From Eledone cirrhosa (lineage: Eukaryota): a stretch of DNA of 64,000 nt. The DNA lies in contig OZ024746.1 of NCBI GenBank assembly GCA_964016885.1, positions 23,126,001 to 23,190,000 of the forward strand, written 5' to 3'. A program made the position numbers and the translations under genes. Positions 1 to 13,693 of the stretch are shown one piece after another. Under the pieces are notes generated by a model. The model was not told the DNA's origin and made no database searches. It worked only from the letters and a program-made list of their open reading frames with translations. Every line of letters starts with the position of its first letter. Positions within the stretch are counted from its first letter, which is position 1.

Positions 1-230
<230 letters not shown>

Positions 231-376
231 CAGGGTACCAATGGACTAAGTAACAGTAACGGTAGGCCTCTTAGCTCCCCGCATAGATTAGGTGAACATA
301 GTAACCTTAGCAATGGAATAAATAATAATAATAATGGTAATAATAATAATAATAAGAAGAAGAAGAAGAAGAAGAA

Positions 377-1612
377 CTGAATACATTCGGAGAGTAAGGA
401 GCGTATTGAAGTCACATCTGAACAGCAGAAATGCCATAAGCGCAGTAAATTCCCGAGCTGTGTCTATTATTAGGTACAGTGCGGGAATTCTGAGATGGAA
501 TGTTGCTGAACAAAAAGAAATGGATAGGAAGACTAGGAAGCTATTGACTATCTACAACATGTTCCACAAGAGGAGTGATGTCGATAGACTCTACCTAAGG
601 AGATCTGAGGGTGGAAGAGGTCTTATCAGCATAGAGGACTGTGTTCAGATGGAGAAAAACAACCTATACAAATACGTGACCTATAGTAAGGAGCCAATGC
701 TCAAAACTGTACTGAAGGAGGGGACAGTAGGCCAGGGGATGTCCAAGGAGGAAATAACATCAAGGAGGAAGAGCAGCCTTAAGGGAAAATCCCTTCATAG
801 TACCTTCTTTGAGAAAACTGAATTTAGAGATCCACAGACATGGAACTGGTTGAGAAGAGGAGACCTCAAAAAGGCTACAGAAGGAATGATAATGGCTGCG
901 CAGGAGCAGGCCCTCAAAACGAAGTGGTTGAAGCACCATATTTACAAGGAGGAGGCTAGCCCACTGTGCAGGATCTGTGGAGAGAGAGAGGAGACTGTGG
1001 CTCACATTGTGTCCGAGTGTAAACACCTAGCCCAGACCCACTATAAGGGCTGGAGACACGATGTGATGGGCAGGGTGATCCACTGGCACCTGTGCAAAGT
1101 AAACAATTTACCACATTCTGAGAAATGGTATGAGCATAGGCCGGAGGCGGTGATGGAGAACAATCAGGTGAAGGTGCTGTGGGATTTTAGGATACAGACG
1201 GACAAAAAACTGGAACACAACAGACCTGACCTGGTGGTTGTGGACAAAGAAAAAAGATCGTGTCTGATTGTGGATGTGGCCTGCCCGTTCGACACGAGAG
1301 TGCAAGAGAAGGAGAGGGAGAAAATTAACCGATACCAGGACCTAAAGTGGGAGGTGAAAAGGATTTGGAACTGCCATGAAGTCAAAGTGATCCCGATTGT
1401 CATAGGCGCACTGGGGATTATCTCCAAAAGTTTCCAGGGATGATTAAAGAAAATCGGCCCCTTCACGCTTTTTGGAACGCTTCAAAAGGCATGCTTGCTT
1501 GGAACAGCAAGAACCCTCCGATACGTCCTGAATATCTGAGGCTGCAGGTAGTGGCTTGATATTCATTCCAACGGACTTTCCAGTTAACCAACATCAATGA
1601 CTGAGATTCAAG
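377..1612 (+). mobile_element. 5'-truncated R4/Dong-clade non-LTR retrotransposon (RT C-terminus, CCHC finger, restriction-like endonuclease)
   Basis: The ORF has GGRGL, CRICGEREETVAHIVSEC, RHD, RPDLVVVD..IVDVACPFD and KINRYQDL. After an in-frame TGA at 1441 it continues LKKIG..LQKACLLGTARTLRYVLNI* to 1539. A short 3' UTR follows, then (AAT)n. (AAT)n also lies on the 5' side, matching the known TAA-repeat targeting of Dong. Confidence 0.88.
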
Positions 1613-1622
1613 GAATAACAAC

Positions 1623-1663
<41 letters not shown>

Positions 1664-1682
1664 TAAAAAGAATAGAAGAAGA

Positions 1683-2423
1683 TTGAATAGATATTTTAAC
1701 CCCCCATTTAACTCCGAAGTGGCTACGAATATTCCTAGGGCCTTCTTCTCTGTGTTAGAAAGGAACTTCCCTCCTGGTAATAGGTACCATTCTATCCTCA
1801 ATAAGAATGTGGTTAAACTCTCGTATTCTACAACCCAAAATCTGGCCTCTCATCTAGCCAATACCAATAATAAGAAAATTAAGGAAGGCCTCGACACCTT
1901 ACGCCTAGGGGAAAACATTGGAGTCGACAGAGGTAGCCTGAACACCCGTGGTCAGCAAGCTGATGATCATTTAGATAATAGCATCACCAGAAATTGTAAC
2001 TGTAGAAGGGCTTCGGGCTGCCCCCTGAATGGTTTCTGCCTTACTAGAAACATAGTTTATGCGTGTGATGTGGTAACTACTGCGTCCACTAAAACTTATA
2101 TTGGATCAACTTCCACCCCTTTTAAAACCAGATTTAACTCTCACCAGTGTACATTTAGACATAATAAACTGAAGAATTCTACCTCCTTGGCAGCGCACGT
2201 CCACAATTTAAAAAATGCACGAACACAGTACACCCTCACTTGGCGGCAAGTTGCTAAATCCCATCCATATACTCCTCATAATAGAGTATGTAACCTATGC
2301 CTTACGGAATCCCACTCTATTATATTTGCCAAGTGCTCCCTACTAAATAGAAAGTCAGAAATATTTTCCTCTTGCCCCCACCGGATATTAAGCTCTTTCT
2401 TTTACTTTAAGCCTATTAGCTAG
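1683..2423 (+). pseudogene. GIY-YIG endonuclease domain of a Penelope-like retroelement (truncated)
   Basis: VY..YIG motif, catalytic R (KTRF), E (CLTE) and N (LLN), with flanking Cys clusters. No RT domain is present in the window. Confidence 0.88.
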
Positions 2424-3783
2424 CACTTTCAGAATTCTCCAGTTGGGTAATCTAGTGTAATTGTCTCCTATTGTTTGTCTTGTTTGTATATGTGTCTGTG
2501 TGTATATGTATGCCTGATGTGAATATGGAATTTGGATATCGAGGTGTATACGTGAGTTGGTGTATATGTTAATAAGCACCCTTGTTCGGTACAGTGGATG
2601 TGACCCTTCCATACTTGCCCAGCCACCGTGTGTGTGTTTGTGCATTGGTGGGTCTATCCCAACGTGTATTGTATGGATGTGTACCTTTGTATGCTCATGA
2701 GTTGTGATGTAATACATCTATGTAGAGTGTGTACTGCGTTATAAGATGCACAATTGATTATATTTAACCTGCCCCTCGCATTTTATCTTATTTTAGTTTA
2801 TTTAAATTACCTTGTTGACTCGGAGTGAACCAATGGGCCTGTGCCCATATGGGACGGAGATTTAGCCAGTCACTGTGAGCTGACTTGTGCCATCTCGCCG
2901 TGGGCAGTAGATATGGAGTACATGTATGTGTTACTCTCCTATTCTGCGGTTCACAGTCTACATGCTGACTTTGGGGTGTTTTTGCCCGGTGTTGTATTTT
3001 TGGCATAGTTGGCCTTCCATAGATTGACGCTCTGTGTTATTCTCCCAAGAATAACGTCTTGGCCCCGATAGCCTTCCGTATTTATTAACGGTTTGTTTAT
3101 ACTTGAATCTGGTGACTACACGTGTGAATACGCATCTCCTCATAAGGTTTTATTTTGAATATTAATCGTGATTACTCTGGCTAATTTACTGTGAAACTAC
3201 ATTATCTGCGACCAGTGAGAGCAACTGTTATGGGTTTTTGACTTTTGTTAGCTGGGTAAGATATTTTGTGTAATATATCCGCGTAGATTTGGGTGTCCGG
3301 TGCGGTGTGTGTGTGTGTGTGTGTATGTATATATTTATGTGTATATACGTGTATGTGTATATATATATATACTGTCTCTGTATATATGTGTATGTATACT
3401 GTCTCTGTATATACATGTTTGTGTGTATGTGTGTATGTATAAGTATACATATACTGTCTCTGGACTAACCCTAATGTTGCGTACATTCTTGCGATGCCGG
3501 ATTGTTGCTCAATGTTGTGATTTTGTGGTTATCGGCTTTGGAAGATATTTGTTATGCACGTTGTTGAGTTTTCTTATATTAAATGGTATGCATAATAACC
3601 TGCTTCACCTGACTGTGTTTTACCACCTGCACTTGCCTGCTTCTGCTCACTAATATGCGCCTCAGTTATTTGCCTCTTGATGTTCGTGCTGCTGTATATG
3701 AATTTGCCTGCAACCTTCCCAGCATATGCTCCTGCTTGTGATACGGATACACCTTGTTAACCAATTAATTCTTGCCTGAGTGC

Positions 3784-3916
3784 TCAACTCTATGAATGCA
3801 CATCTGTGTATTGAACTTTGGAGTGTGAACTTTTTGGGATTGCCCAACCGCTCAACTCTATGAATGCACACCTGTGGATTGAACTTTGGAGTGTGAACTT
3901 TTGGGACTGTCCAACC
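3784..3916. repeat. ~67-bp tandem duplication
   Basis: ctcaactctatgaatgcaca..ttgaactttggagtgtgaactttt occurs twice in tandem. Confidence 0.9.
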
Positions 3917-4439
3917 TGGGATGTTTCCATTGCATTGTAATGGTCCACTCAATCTAGTGCGGACATAGCATCTGTTCATAAAAAATCTCATTCGAACACT
4001 CTATTGTTGAACTGCGGCTAACTGCAACACCTAAGGCGTTCGTGTGCTCCTGATATATTCCATATATCACCATGAGTCAACACTAGTGTCACCTTAGGAT
4101 TTCTATAATAATATTATTATTACATGCCCTAATAATTACCATCTTGATTACCCTTATTACACCTTTTTACCCCCAGTTACATTTTTATAAATATACATTA
4201 CTTGGACTGATATGTGTATATATATATATATATATATCCTTATATATACGTCTCTTTTATATATATTTTTTATATATATTTTTGTATATATTTTTGTATA
4301 TTTTATATATTGTACGTATATCACTTGTTGAACATAGCTTGATAGCTTATGCATTTGCCAGTCTTATCTTTACCCACACCTTCCTTTATGGTGTATATTT
4401 TACTCCATTTTTTTTGGTGTATTGTTTTATTTATCTTCT

Positions 4440-4870
4440 GGTGTATATTTTACTTTACTTTATTTTATTTTATTTTATTTTATTTTATTTTATTTTTTAT
4501 CTTTTATCTATTTTTTATCTATTTTTTATCTATTGTTTATCTATTTTTTATCTATTTTTTATCTATTTTTTTATCTATTTTTTATCTATTTTTTATCTAC
4601 CTCTTATCTATTTTTTATTTATCTCTATCTCTTAACTTGTGCCCATCCGTCTATGATATGTTATTTGTATTAGTGTATACTGTATGTGTTGCATACGGGT
4701 GCTTGTGTGTAGGTGCATGCGGGTGCTCATGCTTATGCGTATACTTGTATGTAGCTGTATGTTAACGGAACCCTGCCCAATTGTGAGTGATAACATTTCT
4801 TATTTTTATTTTTATTTTTATTTTTATTTTTATTTTTATTTTTATTTTTATTTTTATTTTTATTTTACTC
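4440..4870. repeat. (TTTTA)n, (TCTATTTTTTA)n and (TATTTT)n low-complexity tracts
   Basis: Direct reading of the sequence. Confidence 0.9.
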
Positions 4871-4988
4871 TTTTCTTATTTTACTCCTTTTACTTTACTC
4901 TTTAAACTCCTCCCAACTTATGGTATCCCCACATATATTCTTCTGTTTTGGCTTTGTCAATACTTGTATACTATGTATTTACTCTTTA

Positions 4989-5034
4989 TGCTCTGAAGAG
5001 TCCCACTTCTAGTGTGGACGAAACACTGTTAGCA
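4989..5034 (+). ncRNA. Minimal type-I hammerhead ribozyme
   Basis: tgct CTGAAGA gtcccac-ttcta-gtgtggac GAAA cactgtt agca. Stem I is tgct/agca, helix II has one bulge, and helix III is a short near-palindrome. Confidence 0.75.
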
Positions 5035-5077
5035 ATTAAAGATATACCTATGTTCTAAGCGCTCTTTGTTGTTAATT

Positions 5078-6195
<1,118 letters not shown>

Positions 6196-6269
6196 TGACC
6201 CTCCCCAAGTATAAAGATATATATATATATATATATTATTTATATATATATGTCTGTGTGTGCGCGTGT

Positions 6270-6596
6270 GTAAAAGGTAAACAGAAATAACAACACAATC
6301 GGTACAGTATATGGAAGGAATATATTAGGTGAACGCTCGAAATAGTAAGAAGAGGTTCTAACGTTTCGGACGCTAGTCCTTCATCAGAAGAAAGAATGAG
6401 AAATTAGAAAGTTTGAAGAGGCGGACAAGGCGGAATCGGAAAAAATGCTTTTAGAGAAAAATAACAGGTCGATTTATGTTGCCATCTCTTGGAAAGTTGT
6501 TGATTCTGGCGTTTTGTGTATGATATACTTTTCTAGAAAAGTGGATGATGGAGCGCGTCTACCTGAAATGGAAAAAAAAACGTTTTGTATATAGAG

Positions 6597-6663
<67 letters not shown>

Positions 6664-7467
6664 ACGTCCGAACGAGGCTAAGAGGATATGTGTGTGAATA
6701 TGTAAGTAGAATAGTGTGTGTATACAGAGCTGTGAAGGGAAAAGTAGAGTGTGCGTATTTTGTTGGTCTGTATTTTGTTGGTCAGAAACAGATACTTTGT
6801 AAGAGTATCTGTTTCTGACCATAAGAGAGCCATGGGAATCTAGGGGTGAATGTACAAGCGCATGTGTGATAATGGACGGGGTATTAAAGAAATCGGGCAG
6901 GGAAGTTGAATCTATGAGGGATACAGGACCCAAGGTGGTAAATCAGACTCTGTTCAGTCCTGGTGCGCGAGGCCTGTGGATCCGTGATGTAAAAGGACAC
7001 CATGGAATGAGACATGTAGGGAAGAGTGACCTGGGGAACGGAATTGACGGGCGACGGGAGTATCAAAGCCGAGTCGTATATCCCTCAAATGTTCTGCAAA
7101 ACGGTCCGCCAAACAGCGTCTCGTTTGTCCGATGTATAAGGACCCGCAAAGGGAACACCAGAGGGCATAGACAATGTGGGTGCAGGTGGAGGTGAATAAG
7201 TGGCGGATACGGAATGAACCGTTGGGGTCAGTGAGAGTGGTGAGGGTGGAAATGAAAGGACAGGTGTTACAACGGGGAAAAAAACAAGGATGAGAGCCGG
7301 GTGGAGTCGTAGGAGAAGTCGCGGAGGTTACGGGCGCGCTTAAATGCAGTGATAGGAGAGTTAGCAAAAAAACAGGAAGTGACGAAGTTAGAAGAGAGGG
7401 TGCGGAAGGAACGGAGAATGTGTCACCGGAGAGGTAGGGTGATGGGGTAGTAGGTGAGAGGAACATC
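6270..7467 (-). mobile_element. 5'-truncated Penelope-like element (Neptune-type GIY-YIG) with 3' hammerhead
   Basis: Minus-strand PCFFPRCNTCPFI..FTSTCTHIVYALWCSLCGSLYIGQTRRCLADRFAEHLRDI..PVARQF, with frameshifted RTRTEQSLIYHLGSCIP. A hammerhead lies at 6356-6392 and the element ends in a (CA)-type microsatellite. Confidence 0.85.
6356..6392 (-). ncRNA. Minimal hammerhead ribozyme, family A
   Basis: Reverse complement reads ttctt CTGATGA a ggac-tagc-gtcc GAAA cgtt agaa. Helix III is the palindrome AACGTT. Confidence 0.75.
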
Positions 7468-8199
7468 TACTCATCTCTCTCTTTCTCTGTTCTATCCCCT
7501 TGATATTCGTATAGATCTTCATCTTTCAGGGGTTGGAGACTATACTGTGATGCCTTGCGATCTCTTACGACACCTGGACCATACCCATGACATGTGACGG
7601 AGCCACTTCCGTCAATACTCTGTACCAACTAAGAATCGTTTATACTCGTGCGTATACTTGTATGTATACGCACAAGTATGTATATACCTTTGAGCGAGCT
7701 CACGTGAGCGTGTGCAGATAAACCTACATACTCACACATACCCAACATGTCACCCCCTCAAACTTCCTACACTTGTGAGCACATGCACTCTCACATATAC
7801 GCAGACAATTGGCCATCAAATACAACATGGTCGAACGTTCATCACGACATTTATGCCCTCATAGTTTTGTACAAAGAAACACACATATATGTAATTCAGC
7901 CATTTAATTTAAGAGAGTAAGAGTTGTTTCGGTCCCTTGGCTTAATAATCTAAAGCGCCTAGCCGGTATGGGGTTTCGATTCCTCACAGCGGCAGATGGC
8001 AACTTTTCCCGTTTTTAAAGAGTCTTCATCCTATTTCATAAGTTACTTTATAGCATCTCCACGGATAAGCATATCATTCGTTATATTACATATATGTATA
8101 TACGACAGGTTCCATACATTTTCCGACTACCACGATGCTTACCTCCCCCTCTTACAATTAATATAGGAGCCTAGTTCTGACATACACTTTTTCTTCTTC

Positions 8200-8390
8200 C
8201 TGAGAAAATGTTTGTTTTTTTTCGTTTCCTTTCTTTTCTTATTCTCGTCTATTTTTATAATCTCTCTCATTCAATCTTCGATGATGGATTAACATCCGAA
8301 ACGTCAAGACTCTCTTCCTACTGTATCAAGCGTTAAACTTAAATACACACTGCAGTGTAGTGTTCTCCTTGTTAATTTCCTTATGCATTA
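8200..8390 (+). mobile_element. Penelope terminal-repeat fragment with degenerate hammerhead (8275-8309)
   Basis: tctt C-GATGA t ggat-taac-atcc GAAA cgtc aaga, with the core T missing. Flanks (ctcattc.., aagcgttaaact) resemble family A. Confidence 0.65.
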
Positions 8391-8668
8391 TACACACAAG
8401 ACAGCCCGGCACACTCTGTCCGTCTATCAAATTTCATTCATAAGAGATTGATCAACCCATGACTATAGCAGAAGATACTTGCCCGAGATTGAAATAGCGT
8501 AGTGAACACTCCAAACCACAGCCATGCCTGCGTCTATATTTAACAAATTTATATTTGTTAAATATTTCGATATATCGACGATTAGAATGAACTGAATAGT
8601 ACGGACACGTAAGAAAGAAACTATCGAATAGTTTGAAAATATGAGAGATAGTGAGGGAGAGAGGGGGT

Positions 8669-8754
<86 letters not shown>

Positions 8755-8756
<2 letters not shown>

Positions 8757-9010
8757 ATCAGGGATATAATCTGCTGAACAAAGAGATATTTGTTACGTAG
8801 ATGATAGTGTAATGGTGGAGAGTGGGAGAGAGAGACACGCACACTCACAATATGAAGATATGGTAGACAATCAGGGATATAATCTGTTGAATAAAGATAG
8901 TTGTTACATAGATGATAGTGTAATGGTGGAGAGTGGGAGAGAGAGAGACACGCACAATATGAAGATATATATGGTAGACAATCAGGAACATAATCTGCTG
9001 AACAAAGAAG
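8755..9010. repeat. ~122-bp tandem duplication (about 2 copies) next to (GA)n
   Basis: aatcagggatataatctg..gatgatagtgtaatggtggagagtgggagagag is repeated. Confidence 0.85.
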
Positions 9011-9577
9011 CATTTGCTATGTAGTGTCAAGGGAGAGAAAGGTAAGGATAAGGAGTGAGAGAAAAAGAGAGGAGAGGTGAGAGAGGAGATGAGAGAGGGA
9101 AAAAAAGAGAAAGGGTGCAAGAGAGAGAGAGAGAGATCAGAATCATATTGCTACCATGACATATCTCTTAGGAAGAAGATTAATAGCATTGCTGAAGACT
9201 GTAATGTGTGTGTGTTAAGCTATAGCTGTTTTATAATTCCTAATTCTATCAATTGAACGCCATGAATATAGTTAAGATAAAAGATAAACAGAATAGACTT
9301 GTTTAGTAGTGATTATATTTTAGTTGAGACTATCAGAGAAAGCAGGGTTGGTCTAATATAGTCAGCAGCCCCAGAGTGTATGGGCTGATCAATGGGAAGA
9401 AGGAAGGGATGTGTATTTTACAACGGAACATTCACATCTGAATAAATTGGAGCTGCTCACGTTGGTTTGTTTGGGATTAAGTAATACCTGAGATTCTTTC
9501 CGAACTGTTAAACACGCACTCTGCCATATCTACAAACACACACACTATATATATATAGTTGCAAGCGGTGGTAGGGG

Positions 9578-9619
9578 CCGTACTAATGAAGGCCAGTCAA
9601 GCCTGAAATGCATAGACGG
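9578..9619 (+). ncRNA. Degenerate hammerhead, separate family, in a ~230-bp module between (TA)n tracts
   Basis: ccgta CTAATGA aggc-cagtcaa-gcct GAAA tgcata gacgg. Helix III is the palindrome ATGCAT and the core carries G5>A. Confidence 0.6.
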
Positions 9620-9783
9620 TTGTCCCCCTTGTTTCTGTTGGACACCATCAGGGGGCGTTAGTCCCGATGTTTGCATAGCTACGGCTTCCTAAATGTTTCC
9701 TGTAAACATACCGTGTTTCTTTAGAAATACGACATTTCTACACTTATCTGTATAAAGCTATGCTTGAAGCAAAATCCTATTTC

Positions 9784-9825
<42 letters not shown>

Positions 9826-9829
9826 AATA

Positions 9830-10035
9830 CATACGTGCTTTTTCTCAACGAAAGCAATTTTTCCTTCCTTCCTTCTTCTCTCTCTCTATCTTTCTATTTC
9901 ATCTTTTGTTTCTCATTCTAACTTCTGATGAAGGACTAATGTTCGAAACGTAAAAACTATTTTCCTACTATATCGAGCGTTAAACTAATATATTTCTTCA
10001 TTGTACTGTGTAGTTCACTTTGTTGTTTCTGTTTA
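9830..10035 (+). mobile_element. Penelope terminal-repeat fragment, family A, hammerhead at ~9921-9956
   Basis: tttctcattctaactt CTGATGA a ggac-taat-gttc GAAA cgta, followed by gagcgttaaactaatatattt, similar to the reverse complement of 6270-6400. Confidence 0.7.
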
Positions 10036-10446
10036 TATGTGTGTGTCTGTGTGTAATGCTGGAGTGTTCACTGGACCTCCGTTGGTTTCAACGATGAATA
10101 TCCCAGTTCGATCAACAAAACGACTTAGCCGCGAAATTAACGTGTACATGACTGAGCATTCTACTGACACGTGCACCCTCAAAGTAATTCTTAGGGAGAT
10201 TCAGTGTCACAATGTATGTGACATAGATGGCCCTTTGAATTACATGTGCAGTCCATCCGACTGGCTTCCAAACAGTTTTCAAACAGGCATGGGTGCGCCC
10301 GAGCAAGATGTCATCGAACCCGGGATTGCGACACACATACGAAAATATACACACACACACATAAACGTACACATTCACATACATAGAAACAATTAAAAAA
10401 AGTCACCTATTATAAACACTTATCCGACACACACGTAAAAACGTAA

Positions 10447-10623
10447 TAATTGTTTCTACTTTTGGCACAAGGCCAGCAATTACCCAGTACATTACTGGTA
10501 CTTTATTTTATCGACCCCGTAAGGATGAAAGGCAAAGTCAACCTCGGCGGGATTTGAACTCAGATCGTAAAGGGACGTAACTATGCTGGAAAGCATGTCC
10601 GACCCTCTACCGAAACTGCCAAT
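10447..10623 (-). mobile_element. SINE family 1 (tRNA-derived head, gcctttcatcc..gtcgataaa central domain)
   Basis: Near-identical to many copies in the window, with B-box gagttcaaatcc. The central domain resembles the Deu/Nin SINE domain (recalled, not searched). Confidence 0.9.
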
Positions 10624-10959
10624 AATGCACACACAAACAATAGTACGTACACATATACATAGAAACAACGGAAAAAAGCCCCATACACACACATGCGCAC
10701 AAAAAACTAAGAACTCACAAACATTCACCAATAATATAAGACTCCTCGGACACCCACATGTTCACACACAGACGGAAGCAATGCACATATATCACTTTCA
10801 TCACTTTGGCACACACACAGCCACACCCATAACATCCCTGTACACTCCACTTCAGCCCCGACCCCTAATGCCAGACCTTTCGCCTACCAACCCCACCTAT
10901 CAATCTCCTCCCAACACTCTCTTCCTAACTTTCATACATGTACCTGTTCTCTCCTTATC

Positions 10960-11000
10960 CAGACTCTTTTGATGAAGGACTTCTGTACGAAACGTCGACT
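10960..11000 (+). ncRNA. Degenerate hammerhead, family A-like
   Basis: tTGATGA aggac-ttct-gtac GAAA cgtc gac, followed by aagcgtgaattta and (TG)n. Confidence 0.5.
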
Positions 11001-11081
11001 ACTCCACCATTTTCTCCAAGCGTGAATTTAATATAACTGTTTATTTTTGCATCCGTGTTATTTTTTCTTTATTAATTATGT

Positions 11082-11189
<108 letters not shown>

Positions 11190-11230
11190 GTGTGTGTAGC
11201 CAGCGTTTTCATCTAAATATACACACAGTA

Positions 11231-11354
11231 AATGCTTACAGCACCTAGGGTTCCCAAGCGGTCACCCAAGCGGTCACCACTAACTCAGCTCGACGTTGCT
11301 TAACTTCGGTGATCGGACGAGAACCGGTGTTTTCTTCAGCGTGATATGGCCGGC
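11231..11354 (-). pseudogene. 5S rRNA pseudogene
   Basis: Reverse complement reads ggccatatcacgctgaagaaaacaccggttctcgtccgatcaccgaagttaagcaacgtcgagc..gggtgaccgcttgggaaccctaggtgctgtaagcattt. An internal duplication replaces part of box C. Confidence 0.9.
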
Positions 11355-11371
11355 ATCTCCAAGATTGTTTG

Positions 11372-11490
11372 AAGGCGTGTGGCTGAGTGGTAAGAGAATT
11401 GGATTCGCAATCGTAAGGTTGTGATTTCGATTCCCGGACCGGCTGATGCGTTATGTCCTTGAGCAAGACACTTTATTTCACGTTGCTCCT
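11372..11490 (+). mobile_element. SINE family 2 (tRNA-derived, CORE-like tgtccttgagcaagacactttatttcacgttgctcc)
   Basis: A-box tggctgagtgg and B-box ttcgattcc. Related copies lie near 16720-17020(-), 17190-17430, 39455-39715, 47895-48110, 48330-48555(-), 60990-61125(-) and 62595-62900. Confidence 0.8.
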
Positions 11491-11621
11491 TCTACCTGGA
11501 GTTGTGACAGATAGATAGTACTAGCAACTGGAAAGACCGATGGAAACATTGTTTCCTCGGTCCGATTTGACGAAAGTCGATCGACTGACTCTCTATACAT
11601 ACAGTGATGGGTTAAAATCCA

Positions 11622-11800
11622 GTGGCAGTATCGGTAGAGGGTCGGAAGCCATGCTTTCCCGCATAGTTACGTCCCTTTACGATCTGAGTTCAAATCCCGC
11701 CGAGGTTGACTTTGCCTTTCATCCTTACGGGGTCGATAAAATAAAGTACCAGTAATGCACTGAGTAATTGCTGGCATTGTGCCTAAAGTAGAAACAATTA
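11622..11800 (+). mobile_element. SINE family 1
   Basis: Near-identical to the other copies. Confidence 0.9.
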
Positions 11801-12013
11801 AGTGTAGCCTTGAAACAAAACTATTAACGCACCGGTAATTTAATAATTGACAGACATTTTGTTTCAAATCTATTATAACAGACAAAACACAATATTTATA
11901 AATTGATCTTTTCTTTCTTCATATTGTTTTTTTTATTTATTTATTTATTCCTTTCTGTCTTCATTTATTTATTTACTTATTCTTACTTACTCTGTCTTTC
12001 TTTGTTTATCATT

Positions 12014-12036
12014 GTGTGTGTGTATATATATATATT

Positions 12037-12071
<35 letters not shown>

Positions 12072-12117
12072 GTATACATATATATATATGTATACATATA
12101 TATATATATATATATGT

Positions 12118-12193
<76 letters not shown>

Positions 12194-12550
12194 ATTCTTT
12201 ATGTTGTATAAACTATAAACTATCATCAGTTTAAGTCATCAATGGTCGTCCAGTTAAAAACGTTTAGAGTATTTAATAGTGTCTGTTGTCTTCTGACGTC
12301 AATACCTTGTCGTTGTTGGGGTTGTAGTGGTAATTGTTGCGGTTGTTGGTGGTGGCGGTGGTGGTAGTGGTGGTGATGGTGGCTGCGGTTGTTGTTGGTA
12401 CTGGTGGTGGGGGGTTTTGTGATTGTTGTTGTTGTTGGTGGTGGTGGTGGTTTTTGCGGTTGGTGGTGGTGGTGGTGGTAGTGGTGTTTTTTGCGGTTGC
12501 TGTTGTTGGTGTTGGTAGTTGTTGCGGTTGTTGTAGGTAGTGGTGGTAGC
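12014..12550. repeat. (TA)n/(TG)n and (GGT/GTT)n microsatellites
   Basis: Direct reading of the sequence. Confidence 0.9.
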
Positions 12551-13308
12551 TTTTATTCTAGATTTTGGCTAATGTCCTCTATAACCATAAGAACAGATAA
12601 CACAAAGTATCCCATCCGATGCTCCAACAATTCTAGACTAGTATTTTATTTAGCGGCTTAGACAGGGTGGAAGACAAGGTTGACCTCGATTGGATTTGAA
12701 CTGAGAATGCAGAGAACTGAAAGAAGTATTAGTATGTAATTTAACCCATGTTCAATTACAACCAAATTGATGCCTTCTTTAAGCCATTTAAAACCCATCC
12801 TCAGCTCCCCCTAGGAGCTATTTCTACACGAGTCAGATGCGATGCTTTCTGAGTTCAAATCCCACCTCCAGTTACCGAAAACGTGATGACACTTCTATCG
12901 GGTATTGACAACATCAATAGAAACTATTTGACGATTGGCTGGCTCCTTTCCTTATATGGTAGCAACAAATGTGTTAGAGTGTGGAATAAATGCCTTCTGG
13001 TATTTGATCCAACTCCCTGCGCTCTGAGTTCAAATCCAGCTTTAGCCAACTTTGCTTTCACCCTTTCGGATGTCGATAAATAAAGTACGAGTCAAAGAAT
13101 CTCTTCTCTGAATCGGTTACGTTGTGCCATGAGACGGATCGTGAAGGCTGATATATGACTGAAACTATCCAAGGAAGAACCGAATGTCTTCTTTTATAAA
13201 GCTTTCTCAAATGAACAGAAAAGTCTTTTTCTGAGACTGAAGAGATAATTCATCCATGTAAAATTTCCATGAGTTGTATTGGAAATATTGGAGCTAAATA
13301 TTTATAAT

Positions 13309-13481
13309 TGTTTCTACTTTAGGCACAAGGCCAGCAATTATCCAGTGCATTACTGGTACTTTATTTTATCGACGCCCGTAAAGATGAAAGGCAAAGTCAA
13401 CCTCGGCGGGATTTGAACTCAGATCGTAAAGGGACGTAACTATGCTGGAAAGCATGGCGTCTGACCCTCTACCGATACTGC
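13309..13481 (-). mobile_element. SINE family 1 with target-site duplication
   Basis: Flanked by aaatatttataat on both sides. Confidence 0.9.
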
Positions 13482-13642
13482 AAATATTTATAATGTTGTA
13501 TGGATAGATCTGTGATTGCTGGTGATGTTGTAGGCGGAGGGGGGGCGGGGGGCTCGTCTGACATACGGTGTGTCGAAGGAACTTTAAACCTGCCGGAAGT
13601 CATCCTTTCTCTCAGTTGGAATACGACTGATTTCTTCTTCTT

Positions 13643-13693
<51 letters not shown>

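Noticed and set aside
1441-1443. In-frame TGA in the R4 ORF as selenocysteine or readthrough
   Set aside because: It is best explained as a TGG>TGA mutation in a truncated dead copy, and no SECIS was recognised in the short 3' UTR.
1683-2423. Selenoprotein-type Naiad element
   Set aside because: The visible conserved cysteines use TGT/TGC and the ORF has no in-frame TGA.
11372-11445. tRNA gene
   Set aside because: It has A/B boxes but no closing acceptor stem, and it continues into a SINE body.
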